In this document: positions 1 to 12,810 of the stretch, piece by piece
Layout: the number at the start of each line of letters is the position of its first letter
Position numbering within the stretch: position 1 is the stretch's first letter
Source of the DNA: the human T2T-CHM13v2.0 reference genome, Homo sapiens
Assembly (NCBI RefSeq): GCF_009914755.1
Contig: NC_060927.1
Strand: one strand, 5' to 3'
DNA: 64,000 bases
Notes under the pieces: generated by a model
What the model was told of the DNA's origin: nothing
The model's input: only the letters and a program-made list of their open reading frames with translations
Databases searched by the model: none
Translations under genes and position numbers: made by a program

Positions 1-985
1 GAGAGAACACAATTATTAAAATCAGTAATGAAAGAGGGGCAACATTATAGATCCCATGGACGCTAAACAGATCATCAAGAAATACTATGAATAAGTCTAT
101 GTCTACAAATTTGATAACCTAGATGAAATAGATCAATTCTTGAAAGATACAATCTGCCCAAAACTCTGATATAGCCAATCTGAATAAAATTATATCTATT
201 AAATAATTTGAATCAATAATTAATAAAGTTTCAAAACAGAAAGCACCAGGCCTAGATGGGTTCACTTGTAAATTCTACCAAACATTTAAGGAAGAAATTT
301 ACCAATTCTTGGTAGTCTCTTTCAGAAGATAAGAGTAGAGGGAAGGCTGGGTGCTGTGGCTCAAGCCTGTAATCTCAGCACTTTGGGAGGCTGAGGAGGG
401 CAGATCATTTGTCATCAGGAGTTTGAGACCAGCCTGGCCAACATGGTGAAACCCCATCTTTACTAAAAATATAAAAAATTAGCTGGGCGGGGTGGCTCAC
501 ACCTGTGGGAGGGGAGTGATGGGTGGAAGTTGCAGTGAGCTAAGATTGTGCCACTGCACTCTGACTTGGGCAACAGAGCAAGAATCTGTTTCGAGAGAAA
601 GAGAGAGAGAGAGAGAGGGAATTCTTTCTAACTTTCTCATTCTATAGGGCTAGCATTACCTTAATACCAAAAAAAAAAGAAGTCAAAGATATTATAAGAA
701 AAGAAAATCACGGACCAACATCTCTCAGGAACAAAGATGCAAAAATCCCCAACAAAATATTAGCAAATCAAATCCAACAATGTGTTAAGGGAATTATGCA
801 CTATAACAAAGAGGGATTTATACCAGTTATGCAAGGCTGGTCTAACATTTGAAATCAATGAATGTAATCCATCACATCAACAGATTAAAGAAGAAAAATT
901 GCATAATTGTATAAATAGATACAGAAGATGCATTTGACAAATCCAACATCCATTCATGAATTAAAAAAAAACTCTTAATAAACTA
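1..985 (+). mobile_element. Old LINE-1 (L1M-type) ORF2 fragment, interrupted by an Alu
   Basis: Degenerate ORF2 motifs: 'ccaggcctagatgggttcact' (PGPDGFT-like), 'atgcaaggctggtctaacatt' (MQGW-like), 'gatacagaagatgcatttgacaaa' (DAEKAFDK-like); many stops and frameshifts. Confidence 0.85.
345..620 (+). mobile_element. AluS-type SINE with an internal right-arm deletion and a (GA)n tail
   Basis: Starts ggctgggtgctgtggctcaagcctgtaatctcagcactttgggagg; A-rich linker; ends gcaacagagcaagaatctgtt then (GA)n; TSD about agagggaa. Confidence 0.9.
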
Positions 986-1776
986 TTTCTAATTTAAATT
1001 ATTATTTTAAAAATATGTTTATTTTAACTTTCCTGAAAAAATACATTTTTGTTTTCATTCCTTTTAAGCTGTGACCATTCACAAAGTCAACAGAACAGTC
1101 TACTCTAGTTTATCAGGTTATTTATAGTTGAAGACTGCAGACTACATTAATGGCAACTATACTTTGAAAAAGACAATTATTTTCACTGGTAGCAGAAAAA
1201 TCTATTTTGACTATACCTTTTGTCAGCTGGTTAATCATATTTTAAGAGTTATCTTAAAATATAATCTCCCCAAAATTAAGCTAAACATTTAATAGCCAAA
1301 CTTTCAATAACAAATAAATGTACCAATTCATTGATAATAAGTATTTGCTTGTGGTACATGGAGGATGCTCAAATAGGTGTTGTAATTTCATGGTCATGAG
1401 ACTTAAGCAAACAATATACAAAAATATTACGTGTATTTGCTTTAAAAATGAAACCTAACTATCAAAGTACTTAAATCGTAAAATGATACATTTCTGTGGC
1501 TTCTTTTCTCTCTGACACTTGGCATGTAAACTTGTTGTTTCTTCCAAAATATTTGATTAAAGCAAAAACATCATTTACTTAATTAGAACGAGTCATGTCA
1601 ATACTGCCTTTAAAAAATGCTAGAATATTGTTCTTGTGAATACCGAATCAAAATAGAACAAAATGCAAAACTTCCAGAAAGTTAATATCAAAGTAATGAC
1701 CTTCATAATATTAATTATGACATATTTTACGTGTTCTATTAAATTTCTGTTATCTTAAAATATTAAAAACTGCCTT

Positions 1777-2647
1777 AGTCTGATTTCCAGAATCTATATG
1801 GAACTTAAATCAAAAAGCAAAAAACAAATCACCCCATTTAAAAATAGATAAAGGACATGAACAGAAACCTCTCAAAAGAAGACATAAAAGTAGCCAACAA
1901 ACATGTTTTTAAAAATACTCAGCTTCACTAAGCATCAGAGGAATGCAAATTAAAACCACAACGAAATACCATCTCACACCAGTCAGAATGGTTATTATTA
2001 AAAAGTCAAAAAATAACAGAGGCTGGTTAGACTCCAGAGAAAAGGGAATACTTATACACTGTTGGTGGGAATGTAAATTAGTTCAGCCACTATAGAAACA
2101 GTTTGGAAATTTCTCAGAGAATTTAAAACAGACCTACCATTTGACCCAGAAATGCTATCATTGGATATATATTCAAAGAAAAATAAATTATTGTACCAAA
2201 AAAGACACATGCAACCATATGTTCGTCGCCACACTATTCACTATAGCAAAGACATGGAATCAATCTATGTACCCATCAATAGTGGGTTGCATAAAGAAAA
2301 CATGGTACATATACACTGTGGAATACTATACAGCCATAAAGAATGAAATTGTATTTTTTTGCAGCAACATGGATGGAGCTGGAGGTCATAATACTAAGTG
2401 AATTAATGAAGAAACAGAAAACCAAATACTACATGTTTTCACTTATATGTGGGAGCTAAACATTGAACACACATGGACATAAACCTGGGAACAATAGACA
2501 TTGTGGGCTACTAGAGGAGGGAGGAAAGGAGTAGGGCATGGGTTGAAAAACTACCTATTGGGTACTATGTTCACTACCTGGGTGCAATATGCCCATGTAA
2601 CAAAACTGCACATGTATCTCCTTATCGAAAACAAAAGTTTAAAAAAA
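1777..2647 (+). mobile_element. 5'-truncated LINE-1 3' end (L1PB/L1MA-type)
   Basis: ORF2 C-terminal homology (ORF 2141-2401 '[10 protein letters not shown]'); 3'UTR 'gggttgaaaaactacctattgggtactatgttcactacctgggtg'; probable TSD aaaa(c/a)tgcctt. Confidence 0.88.
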
Positions 2648-3328
2648 TGCCTTTGGGAAAAGCCTTCAAGACCAGTTTACAAATCATTTGAGAAAAGCAG
2701 CTTTATTAAGATAACAGTAGCCACTTTTAATGGTTATTGTATATTATGGAAATTGGCAATAAATGTAGCTATGTTGGTAAAATAAACTTTAAGTTGAAAA
2801 ATATTAGAGGTAAGACCTAAAAAGAAGGGATAATATGAACTTATCTAAGGCTAAGTACCCTTACTGACTGATTTGTTTGGGAATTTTTTAAATACATAAA
2901 TATCTTTTTAGCTGAATTTTTTCATTGAATTTTAGTTTTATAATATATATTTTAAACTCAAGAGTAACTGCACTTTTACCCATCTCTAATACAATATTTC
3001 CTTTCTCTAAGAAGCAGAACAATTTCAGAATAATAACTTTCAGTGAAATCAATCAGCTGATAAAAATGGCAGGTTCACACCTCTGGTAGGAGTACAGTGT
3101 TGATGAAGACAAGTTCACAGGTTTGATCCCTAAGTGGGCCAATTTACTTTGCTACAGGCAGTCCCTCAGACCCAGGACTGACATCCTGAAAATGGGAGCC
3201 ATCAGTCATAAGGAAAAAGTATAGGTGAAGTAGACCTAACTTATCCCCACTGTGGGAGAACAACTCCAAATACAAACCAGCTAAAGGTTATGCCATGGCA
3301 TTTTTCTTGTAAATAAAAGAGGGAACTT

Positions 3329-3492
3329 GGCTGGGCTTGGTGGTTAAGACTGTAATCCCAACACTTTGGGAGGCTGAGGCAGGAGGATTGCTTGAGTCTG
3401 GGAGGTCAAGGCTGCAGTGAATCCTGATTGTGTCACTGCACTCCAGCCTGGGCAACAGAGCAAGACTCTCTCAAAAAAAAAAAAAAAAAAAA
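3329..3492 (+). mobile_element. Monomeric Alu (FRAM-like or arm-recombined AluJ) with poly(A)
   Basis: Single ~145 bp monomer plus about 20 A; TSD aaaagagggaactt at 3315-3328 and 3489-3502. Confidence 0.9.
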
Positions 3493-4014
3493 GAGGGAAC
3501 TTTCTTCCAAATGTAGTCATTGGCCCTGGTCAGAATGTAAATCTGATCTCCAGAAACGTACTTTAAGATCAAGTATGTCAACAATTACTGAACTAGTAAT
3601 GAATTATTAGATAGATGTGGGGAGACACCAAAATAGTGTATGAATTTATTTATAATATATTCTTTACCAACTTCCCATAAAGATTGGCTGCTGCTCAAAA
3701 AGAAAATACAGCTACTAGCTAAGAAATTATGGTAATAGATTGGATAGAATAAAAATCATCAAAGCATTCTGTGTCAAAGTTTCATTTCACTCATTAATGT
3801 GGGAACTAGCAAGATGACAAAGTAGTTCCAAACAGTATTTGAAAAACAGAAACTTTTAGTCAGTAGGAAAAAAGAAAAACCTGAAATAAAGTGCCAAATT
3901 AGATACAAAGTTGGTAAAATTACAGGAAAACAAAACCATCACGCCTTACCAGTTTTACAGAAGTATAAAAAATGCCCTTAATCTGTACTGTAAACAAAGC
4001 CATATTCTGTTAGA

Positions 4015-4151
4015 GAATATTAGAAACATCTGGGAAGCTTTTTAAGCTGCCAATAAGTATGTCTTACCTCTGATATTCTGATTTAGTTGGAAACAGGTGA
4101 GGTCTGAGTAGAAGGAGTTTTAAAACCTCTCCAGGTGATTTTAAGATGCAA
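4015..4151. mobile_element. MER5-type hAT-Charlie MITE
   Basis: 'ccaggtgattttaagatgcaagcaagtttgagaaccactg' matches the MER5 terminus. Confidence 0.7.
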
Positions 4152-4219
4152 GCAAGTTTGAGAACCACTGCGTTAGAAAGAGACATGGACTTTTACATGG
4201 GTTTTCAAAAATTTGCCCT

Positions 4220-4390
4220 AGCATCTTGTTACTCAAAATGTGGCTTATGATTCAGGAGCATTGATACCACCTGAGACTATTTAAAATTGAGTATCTGGGG
4301 GCCCCACCCCAGATGCACTGAATCAGAATCTACAATCTGAAAATATTTCCAGGTGATTCAGGAGCACATTAAACTTCGAGAGGCACTTCT
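4220..4390. mobile_element. MER5A-type MITE
   Basis: 'ggccccaccccagatgcactgaatcagaatct...ccaggtgattc...cattaaacttcgagaggcact'. Confidence 0.75.
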
Positions 4391-5289
4391 GTAACATGAT
4401 ATTGAAATGACTGTAATCATCTTTTTGCCTCATTTCCAAGTTTTAGGAAACTTTTCCTGGGATAACACCAACATGAAACTGCCACCATACTGAAACACTC
4501 AAAATTTTAAAAATTGGTAAATATCACTAAAAAGACCTCAGGTAGCACTTTAAAGATAAGAATGTCTGTGGTAAAGGGAGTCAGCTGTAAGCTGGAAAGT
4601 CTGAACTAAATCAGTCAATGGTCCCACTTCCAAGGATTCTCAGGTACCAGTTGAACCTGGGACAATCGGACTAGAAATATTTAAGATAAATACATAGTTG
4701 CTTAAGGAAGCCTAAAGTTAAGATCATGTTTTATGTAGCCATCAATCACCTTTACTAAGAGCTGCTGGGAACTTGGGGCTGGCAGATTCCACATGTGTCC
4801 ATTGTTTGAATGCCTAATTAGGGAAAGGTACAAAAATTTCAATGAAAGTGTTTTAAGCCACTTACCCAGCGTCTAATTGTTAAAATTTTGATGGTCCACG
4901 TGTAAATGCAGACTTAGTTTTAACTCCGTTCTGTAAAAGCCTGGAAGGAAATTCGCTGCCTTTTGACTATTAAAATTAGGGGCATAGTATTCAGGCAACA
5001 GTACCTTCTGTATGACTATTGACACTCATATTCTCTTTTCTTTAAATAACTCAGGAAGAGAAACATTTTCCAGAGATTGTTCAATGATTCAAGGTCCTTA
5101 CACATAATCAATAGGGAAATGGATCAAATAAAGGGGTCCTAGTTGCCAATTCTTGAATTTTTCTTAATAAGAGGAATATGACAAAAGAGAAAGTAAGAAC
5201 TTTCTGAGGAAATGTTCTCTTTGTATGGTAGAAGATTCTCTGCTGTTGAAAATGGATGCATTATGCTAAGAAGTCACACTACAAACATG

Positions 5290-5560
5290 TTTAATTCATT
5301 CATTTAATTCAAAAATATTAAATTTATCCATGCTCGTTATAACGGCAGGCACTCTGGTAGCTACTAGACATACAATATTAAGTGATACTATATATTTGCC
5401 ACTCTCATAGAGCTTACAGTCCAATGAGACAGACAGTAGACTAATAGCAATAGCAACATGAACAATAAAAATTAATTAAAAGTTAATAAAAGTGCTGGGA
5501 AAGCAAAAAGAGCATGTCATGGTAGAGAACACTGCAGCAGGGGCTACTTCAGTAGGGTAT
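5290..5560 (-). mobile_element. L2 3' fragment
   Basis: 'attcattcatttaattcaaaaatatt...aggcactctggtag...ctcatagagcttacagtc' is a typical antisense L2 3' end. Confidence 0.7.
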
Positions 5561-5925
5561 TCAGAACTTCTCCCATTCAAAAGACACTGTGCACTATTGT
5601 AGAGAAAAAAACATAGCAACCTGCCCCCTCTCACAGCTCAACTGAGACCTAGTATTTCCTCTGAGAAACATCATTTCCAACTTTTTAAAATCAAAGCAAC
5701 ATTTACCATTCTTTGGTCTGACCCCACCGTGGAGATATGTTTCAAATTTTACAGATGCTGATTTAGTGTCCTATCCGCAGATTTAGCATCGCCTCTGGAG
5801 GATAGGTCCTACACCAGAGTTTTTAGTCAGTCAGTTATAAACTCCACTCTCCTGATATGCAAATAATTTCAAGCCTGCTATTTTAGCATTTTAGTATATT
5901 CTCTTACCCACACCAATCATTTTAT

Positions 5926-6161
5926 AGAAGGTTTCTCAACAGTTGCACTATTGACATTCTGGGCCAGAAAAGTTTTTATGGAGATAGGGGCTGTCCTGAG
6001 CTCTGCAGGATATTCAGCAGCATCCGTGACCTCTACCCACTAGATGCCAGTAGCACCTATCCCCTCCGTAAGTTATGACAGCGAAAAACATCTTGACATT
6101 GCCAAATGTGCCCTGGGCTGGCGGTCAAAATCTGCTCCCCTACCCCTATTGAGAACCACTG
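5926..6161. mobile_element. MER20 hAT-Charlie element
   Basis: 'gtttctcaac...gcactattgacattctgggccag...cctctacccactagatgccagtagcacc...gacattgccaaatgt...ttgagaaccactg'. Confidence 0.88.
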
Positions 6162-6910
6162 AATTAATACTTTTGCTACTCTGTTGCTAGGTAGAAATAC
6201 TGATTTAATTAGAGATTTAAACTACTCAAGACAGGTTCTCTCTGAGTTTTATATAGATTACAGAGTTTAAGACCTCATGATAATTAATACTGAAAAAATC
6301 TTTTGTTACTTATTAAAACTAAAACCTCATTAAAACAGCTAAATTTAAATGTTGAAAAATTAAAATGCATCAGAGCCTGGAGTCAAGTGTTTAAATAAAC
6401 AGCTGAAGGTGCTTTAGGGGCACTCCTCCAGGACACATGCTGGACACCGAGACAGGTAAGCATCTTGGCCACTGGATTTCCCTCCATTGCTGAAATCTCT
6501 GCCACTGCAACAAAAGAACACTTTACAGCTCACCACCTGTCAGTGACGAGGATTATTCTGCTATCCTTATTACATAATTCCCAGGTCTTCCGCACTTTTG
6601 ATTCTAAACAGATGAAGCTGGAAGAAAAAGAAAAAAGGAAAGAAGAAAGTTGTAAGATGGATACAGTTGAATGAAGCATAGACTGAGATCACTCCTGTTA
6701 GGGATGTAACTTCTCACATAAAGAAGTAGAGAAAGCTCCTTCCCATCCTTGCTTGAGTCGAGAGTTTATTAAATTAATTTGCATATAATGGTTAATTTAC
6801 TAATGAACAATTTTTCACAAACTGTTCCAGTAGCACTTATCAATTTGTGACTTCTCCTTATGCCGTAGTAAAATCTTCAAAAACTTACTCTTAGAGTATT
6901 TTGACAAGAC

Positions 6911-7205
6911 GGCTGGGCGCGGTGGCTCATGCCTGTAATCCCAACACTTTGGGAGGCTGAGGCGGGTAGATCACGAGGTCAGGAGACCGAGACCATCCTG
7001 GCTAACACAGTAAAACCCCGTCTCTGCTAAAAATACAAAAACAAAAAATTAGCCAGGCATGGTGTGGGGCGCCTGTAGACCCAGCTACTCAGGAGGCTGA
7101 GGCGGGAGAATGGCGTGAACCCGGGAGGCGGAGCTTGCAGTGAGCCGAGATTTTGCCACTCCAGCCTGGGCGACAGAGCGAGACTCTGTCTCAAAAAAAA
7201 AAAAA
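6911..7205 (+). mobile_element. AluY-type SINE
   Basis: Diagnostic 'gagaccatcctggctaacac' and 'tggcgtgaacccgggaggcggagcttgcag'; TSD tattttgacaaga on both sides. Confidence 0.93.
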
Positions 7206-7349
7206 GAGAATATTTTGACAAGATGTTAGATCACGGATGTACAGTAAAGAGTACGATGAATATTTAAAATTATGTAATTCTCAGAGCAATTTTTAAAGAA
7301 AATAACTATTATCTGTTTAAAAATATTTTGCCTGGGAGTATAATATGGT

Positions 7350-7900
7350 ATAAGTATTTTTCAGAACTGTTTGGCTATCTCTTACAAAGTTAGATTACAT
7401 GTACCTATGATCAAATAAAATGAAAACATATATCCCAGAAAAGACTTGTATAAAAATGTCCACAGCAGTCTTATTTGTAATAGCATAAAACTGGAAACAA
7501 CTAAAATGTCCATCATCAGGAGAACGATATACTATCATTTTGCATATGTAAAATGAAATATTTACCTCTCAATAAAAAGGAAAAACTACTGATGTATGCA
7601 GTGTGATGTAATCATGTACACTGTAGAAATAATGCTGATAAAAAGCGAAACAAAGTCATTTATATAAAACTCTTGGCAGGCAAAACTAATCTATGATGAT
7701 TGGAGTCAAGAAACAATTACATGTATATGAGGGCAGGGAATTAACTGCAATAGGACACATGAGAATTTTGTGGGGTCATGAAAATATTTCATATCTTATT
7801 TTTAAAGAGTCGCATTAGTTTATATAATTGTCAAAACTCATAAAATTGAACAACTGAAAATCGTGCTTTATTGCATGTAAATTATAAATTATAAAACAAT
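7350..7900 (+). mobile_element. Ancient L1 (L1MC/L1ME-type) 3' end
   Basis: 'cacagcagtcttatttgtaatagcataaaactggaaacaactaaaatgtccatca', 'ggcaaaactaatctatgatg', 'gtcaaaactcataaaattgaaca'. Confidence 0.72.
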
Positions 7901-8029
7901 ATAAAATGTATTACCTACTTATATTAGAATATACAAAAAGAATAGACAAAATCATAATTTTTTCACCTGAATATTATTGTCAAGCTGTTTGAGAATATCT
8001 TTCTGTTTGTTTTAATTATTTTTTCAGAT

Positions 8030-9300
8030 TTCCCGAAACTTTAAACATAGAATTATCCCAGGGCTCAGTCCCTGAATGTTCTTTCTTTTCTATTTGTACT
8101 CACTCTTTTTGTGATCTCATCTTGTCCGATGGCTTTTAATGTTATCTTTATAGTAATGGTTTTCACAGTTCTTTTCTGTCTACTTGACACTCATGTAAAT
8201 GTCTAATCAATATCTCAAAATTTATCTAACAATGAGACCCTAAACTTTCCACCAAATCAACCCTTAACTCATAGTTTTTCCATTTCAATGAAAAAAACTG
8301 ATTCTTCCAGTGGCACAAGCCTAAACCTCAAGTTCATTCTTTACTCCTCCTTTTCTCCAATTCACATATTCAGGAATCCAACCATTTTTCACTCCTTCAA
8401 ATGCTACCACTCTATTTTGCGCCACCAGTACTTCCAGTCTGGATTATTACATGGCTAACTAGTTGTATTAGGTTGTTCTTTGCATTGCTATGAAGAAACA
8501 CCTGAGACTGGGTAATTTATAAGGAAAAGAATTTTAATTGACTCATGGTTCTGCAGGATGCAGGAAGCATGGCACCAGCATCTGCTTGTCTCCTGGTGAA
8601 GCCCTCAGGTAGCAGGCACATCACATGGCAAGAGCAGGAACAAGGTTGGGGGGAGGTGTCACACACTTTTAAGCAAACAGATCTCATGAGAACTCACTAT
8701 CATAAGGACAGCACCAAGACATGAGGGAACCACTGCCATGATCCAAACGCCTCCCACAAGGCCCCATGTCCAAAATTGGGGATTACATTTCAACATGAGA
8801 ATTGTGCAGGAGACACCCCCACATCACTAGTCTCCCTGCTTCCACCCTTTCTCCTCTACAGTCTGTTTCCACACAGCAGGCAAAATGAATCTATGAAAAC
8901 TAAGTCAAATCAAGTTACTCCTCTGCTGAAAATCTTTTAATGGCCTCTGCCTTGATTCGGAGTACAATGATGTGAAGGCCTTATGAGATTTGCCTGACCC
9001 AACCTCCTTCACTTACCTCTTCATTTTCATCTACTTCTACTGTCGTCCTTAATCCTCTCCAGCTATAGCTCATCTTCTTGTCCCTTGAAGACACCAGGTA
9101 TGCAAACACTTCAGGGCCTTTACATCTCCTGCTGCATCTGTCTGAAAAATCTTCCCCAAGATGTCTACATTACTCACCATTTCCTCTCCTTTAGGTCTTA
9201 CTTAAATGTCATCTTCTCTGTGAGGCCTTTTCTGGCCACTCTAGCTAAAATTGCAAACTCTCTTCTTCCAACATCCTCAATGCCTAGAATGACCATATTA
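8030..9300 (+). mobile_element. L2 fragment split by an MST LTR
   Basis: Pyrimidine-rich L2 motifs 'cagggctcagtccctg', 'ctggattattac', 'tagtctccctgcttccaccctt...ccacacagcag', 'cttaaatgtcatcttctctgtgaggcctt'. Confidence 0.72.
8464..8826 (-). mobile_element. MST (ERVL-MaLR) solo LTR
   Basis: 'tgtattaggttgttctttgcattgctatgaagaaacacctgagactgggtaatttataagg'; 5 bp TSD ctagt at 8459-8463 and 8827-8831. Confidence 0.9.
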
Positions 9301-10722
9301 TTTGTGCTTCAGTGTAAGTGACTTGGCAATGTTCTTTGGATTTGCATTATCAAATCCTCTACTTTCTTTCCGTTTATGGAGTTGAACTCAAAAGGGAGTT
9401 AGGGAGATACACAACAATTAAGGCAAAAGAATGTGTATTCTCTGTAAACAAATCTGAATGTGGGTTTTTAAGTTCAAAAAAAAAATAAGTGGCAGAAAAG
9501 GAAGTTGACTTAAAAATAAAAACCTGGATATTTGCACAGGTTTTGGAGGCCCTTAAGCTTCTCTATCAAAGAAGCTTGTTATTATCTAATTGTGAGGAAA
9601 ATATGAAATATTCACTAAGTAAATAGTTATTGCTTATCTATTAATTAGAAGTCAAAGAATTTGGTAATAGTATGAAAGAGACATTATGACAAGATGGTGA
9701 GGGAAGGAGCAAAAGCACCTAAACCATACCAGGCCCTGCCACCATTTCTCCTGTGTCCCAAAATGGTGTATCTCCAATTCACCCAGCTTGCTCCTACCAC
9801 AGCACTTGCACACCAGAGAACACTGCTATTTCATCTATAAGGATTAAGTATGGGAATGCCTAATTCTTCTACTTTAGTACTACAACCAGTAGTAAAGACA
9901 TTCAAAATTCATTCACAGAAAAAATGGAAAACGTAAATCACAATGAGGTAAATAAAGGCAAATAACAGAGAAACAAGAAGGTAATTTCATAAAATGGAAA
10001 GCACAGTGTTGACACAAAAAAGAATTCTAATAACTTTTTTATGACAATAAGTCTTTATTTTTCATATAGAATGCCAGTGCAGGTAACCATCAGAAAACAT
10101 ACTGCTTTTTTAAAATATACAGAACTGAAAAAAAGAAAAATTTTAGCAGGGTACCTTACTATACACAGAAATCTAATGAACATCTTCAGGCACTACGACT
10201 AGGACGTAAAATAGTTAATGTTATTTGTTGATACATTATGAATCACTAAGCATTATTATTACAGGCTATCTTTACCTGAAAGCAGAATTACAATCATTCT
10301 GACAGCACTGGGTAATTCTAAAATGTAGGTCTAGTGAAAAGTATGTACAGCCAGCCAGCAAGCAAGGAACAGATGCCATGTCATTTTCTGAAGGGACAGA
10401 CTGATTTGGAACCTGGCTCTGTAGATTTTAAGAATTTATATAGCCATCTTAACAGCTTAATATTGAGATTCCCTCACTGTGTATGTTGGCAACCAGCAAA
10501 AGTGAGAATTTCTGTAACATGATCTAAATAGGTCTAGGATTAAAAATGAGAACACCATCCATATGACAGAATTGCTTCTTCACAACTGACAACAATTGTT
10601 GCCCAGTTCTCACCTGTTGTCCTGCAAAAACCACTCACCTGATGAGTTTTCTCTTATTGAATTGCATTCCACTACATATTACTTATCAATTAAATATTGC
10701 TTAAGTATTCATGAATGCATCC

Positions 10723-11205
10723 TGTGATGGCTAATAGTGAGTGTCAACTTGATTGGATTGAAGGATGCAAAGTATTGATCCTGGGTGTGTCTGTGAGGAT
10801 GTTGCCAAAGGAGATTAACATTTGAGTCTGTGGGCTGGGAAAGGCAGACCCACCCTTAATCTGGGTGGGCACCATCTAATCAGTTGCCATCATGGCTGTA
10901 ATATAAAGCAGGCAGAAAAATGTGAAAAGACAAGACTGGCCTAGCCTCCCGGCCTACACTTTTCTTCCATGCTGGATGCTTCCTGACCTCGAATATCTGA
11001 CTCCAAGTTCTTCAGTTTTGGTACTCGAACTGGCTCTCTGCTCCTCAGCTTGCAGATGGCCTATTGTGAGACCTTGTGATCAGGTGAGTTAATACTTAAT
11101 AAACTTTCTTTTCTTATATATATACATAAACTATATATATTATATATACATATATATATATATATATCTCCTATTAGTTCTGTCCCTCTAGAGAACCCTA
11201 ACATA
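10723..11205 (+). mobile_element. MLT2A (HERV-L) solo LTR
   Basis: Start 'tgtgatggctaatagtgagtgtcaacttgattggattgaagg'; end 'ctcctattagttctgtccctctagagaaccct'; internal (TA)n; AATAAA near 11098; probable TSD catcc/tatcc. Confidence 0.92.
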
Positions 11206-12039
11206 TATCCTTTCCTCTCCATTTTCTCTATTACATCTCTCTGTGTGTGCATGTTATGTATATAAATGTTTCAAGTCCCACCATGTCTTATCTGCCCAAA
11301 TACAATAGCCTTCTTGTAATCTCATTTTGTCATTCTACTTGCTCCTCTTGCCAGTGTATCACCAAAATGAACTTTCTAAAAGGCAATTCAGATCTTGTTA
11401 CTCTCCCACTGAAATTCTTCTGAAGTCCTTCTACAACCTTGGGGCTAAAGTCAACAAGTCCTTATCTTACCCTTAAAGTCCTCAGCAATGTTTGTCTTTG
11501 GTAGCTTTCCAGCATTTTCTAGTCTTCTCTAGTCGTTCATAAAGATTTACGTTTTGGCCACGTTGACAGAAGCCTCTGCAGGATATGGAGAGAGTACATA
11601 CAAGGTGGGCAGAAAGGTTTGTAGAGGAAGCTTTCTGGAGGGTGGAGAGGGAGAGGGAGATGATGTTTCCCAAACAAGAGAGCAGGGTGAACAGAGGCAG
11701 ACACAGGAGGCACAAGGCCTGGTAAGGAATCAGGATGTGGTTCAATAGATCTGAGGCAAAGGCTTACAATACAGTATGTTGGTGATGGGACTAGACAACC
11801 CCAAGTTAAGGAAAGAGGTTGAAGGGTAAATTCCTGGAAATCTTTTTATGCCAAGGTAAGGAATTTGATTGAAATATGGAGAGGCCATTATCATTCTACT
11901 AAAAACACTGCAGATTTGTTAAGAGAAGAGATGGCAAAACCACAAGAGTTAGCAAAGTCTTCCCTGAAAATAAATCATTTTGTGCTTGATCACAGTTATA
12001 TTAAGGTTCATAATTATAAAGCATCATATGTGTGGCCTC

Positions 12040-12600
12040 CCTTCTACCTTTCAGCCTGCTATAATAAATTATCACAGGGCCAAATTAATGTTTTAAAAAC
12101 ATAAATCAGATCATGTCACTTCCTTGCTTAAAAGCTTTCATGGCTTCCTAGAGCATTTAGAATAAAATGGAAAATCCTTACCCAGTCTTCAAAAGTCCTA
12201 AATGATCTGGCCCCTGACTACCACTCCAACCCTGCATCTAGCCTTCCCCATCATGCTTATGATGACACTTCAGCCACAGGGGACTCACTTCTGTTTCCTA
12301 ATAATGCACACATCCATCCTTCTATAGGGATTTTGCACTTGTTCTTTCTGCCTGAAGTTCTTATTACCTGATTTTTTTTATTAAGACTCCTGCTTGTTAT
12401 CCAGATTTCAGCTCGACTGGCATCCTCTCATAATTACCTTATTTGTGTACTTGTTTATTATCTGTCTGTCTCTCATGCTAGAATATAAATTCCTTGAAAA
12501 GGGAGATATCCTCTATTTTATTTATTGCTTAAATGCTGCTACTCAGAAAAATTCATGGCACTTAAGACATACTCAACAAATACGTGTTGAATGAATAAAA
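12040..12600 (+). mobile_element. L2 3' end
   Basis: 'aaatcagatcatgtcacttccttgcttaaa', 'ctagaatataaattccttgaa', terminal 'ctcaacaaatacgtgttgaatgaataa'. Confidence 0.8.
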
Positions 12601-12763
12601 GAGAAGCAGAAATTTCTGTTTTATAAAAGTAAAAAAACACATTAAAGTAGCTGTTACTTTGTGTTTTATATATGTGTATGTCATAAATATGTACATGTAC
12701 ATGTATTTTTTACTTCTTTGTAATGAATTAGCAAAAATGAAAAAATTAAACATGGCAGCTGCA

Positions 12764-12810
12764 AAAAATAAATAAATAAATAAATAAATTAATTAATTAA
12801 TTAATTAAAT
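12764..12810. repeat. (AAAT)n turning into (TTAA)n microsatellite
   Basis: aaataaataaataaataaataaattaattaattaattaattaaat read directly. Confidence 0.9.

Noticed and set aside
1128-1165. Frame reading TADYINGNY, resembling the tyrosine phosphatase DYINxNY motif
   Set aside because: A stop codon lies just upstream, there is no continuing PTP homology or suitable donor site, and no other PTP exons appear in the window; most likely chance
10270-10330. Possible 42 nt minus-strand micro-exon (ITQCCQNDCNSAF)
   Set aside because: Splice sites are moderate, there are no partner coding exons, and such a match is expected by chance in 64 kb
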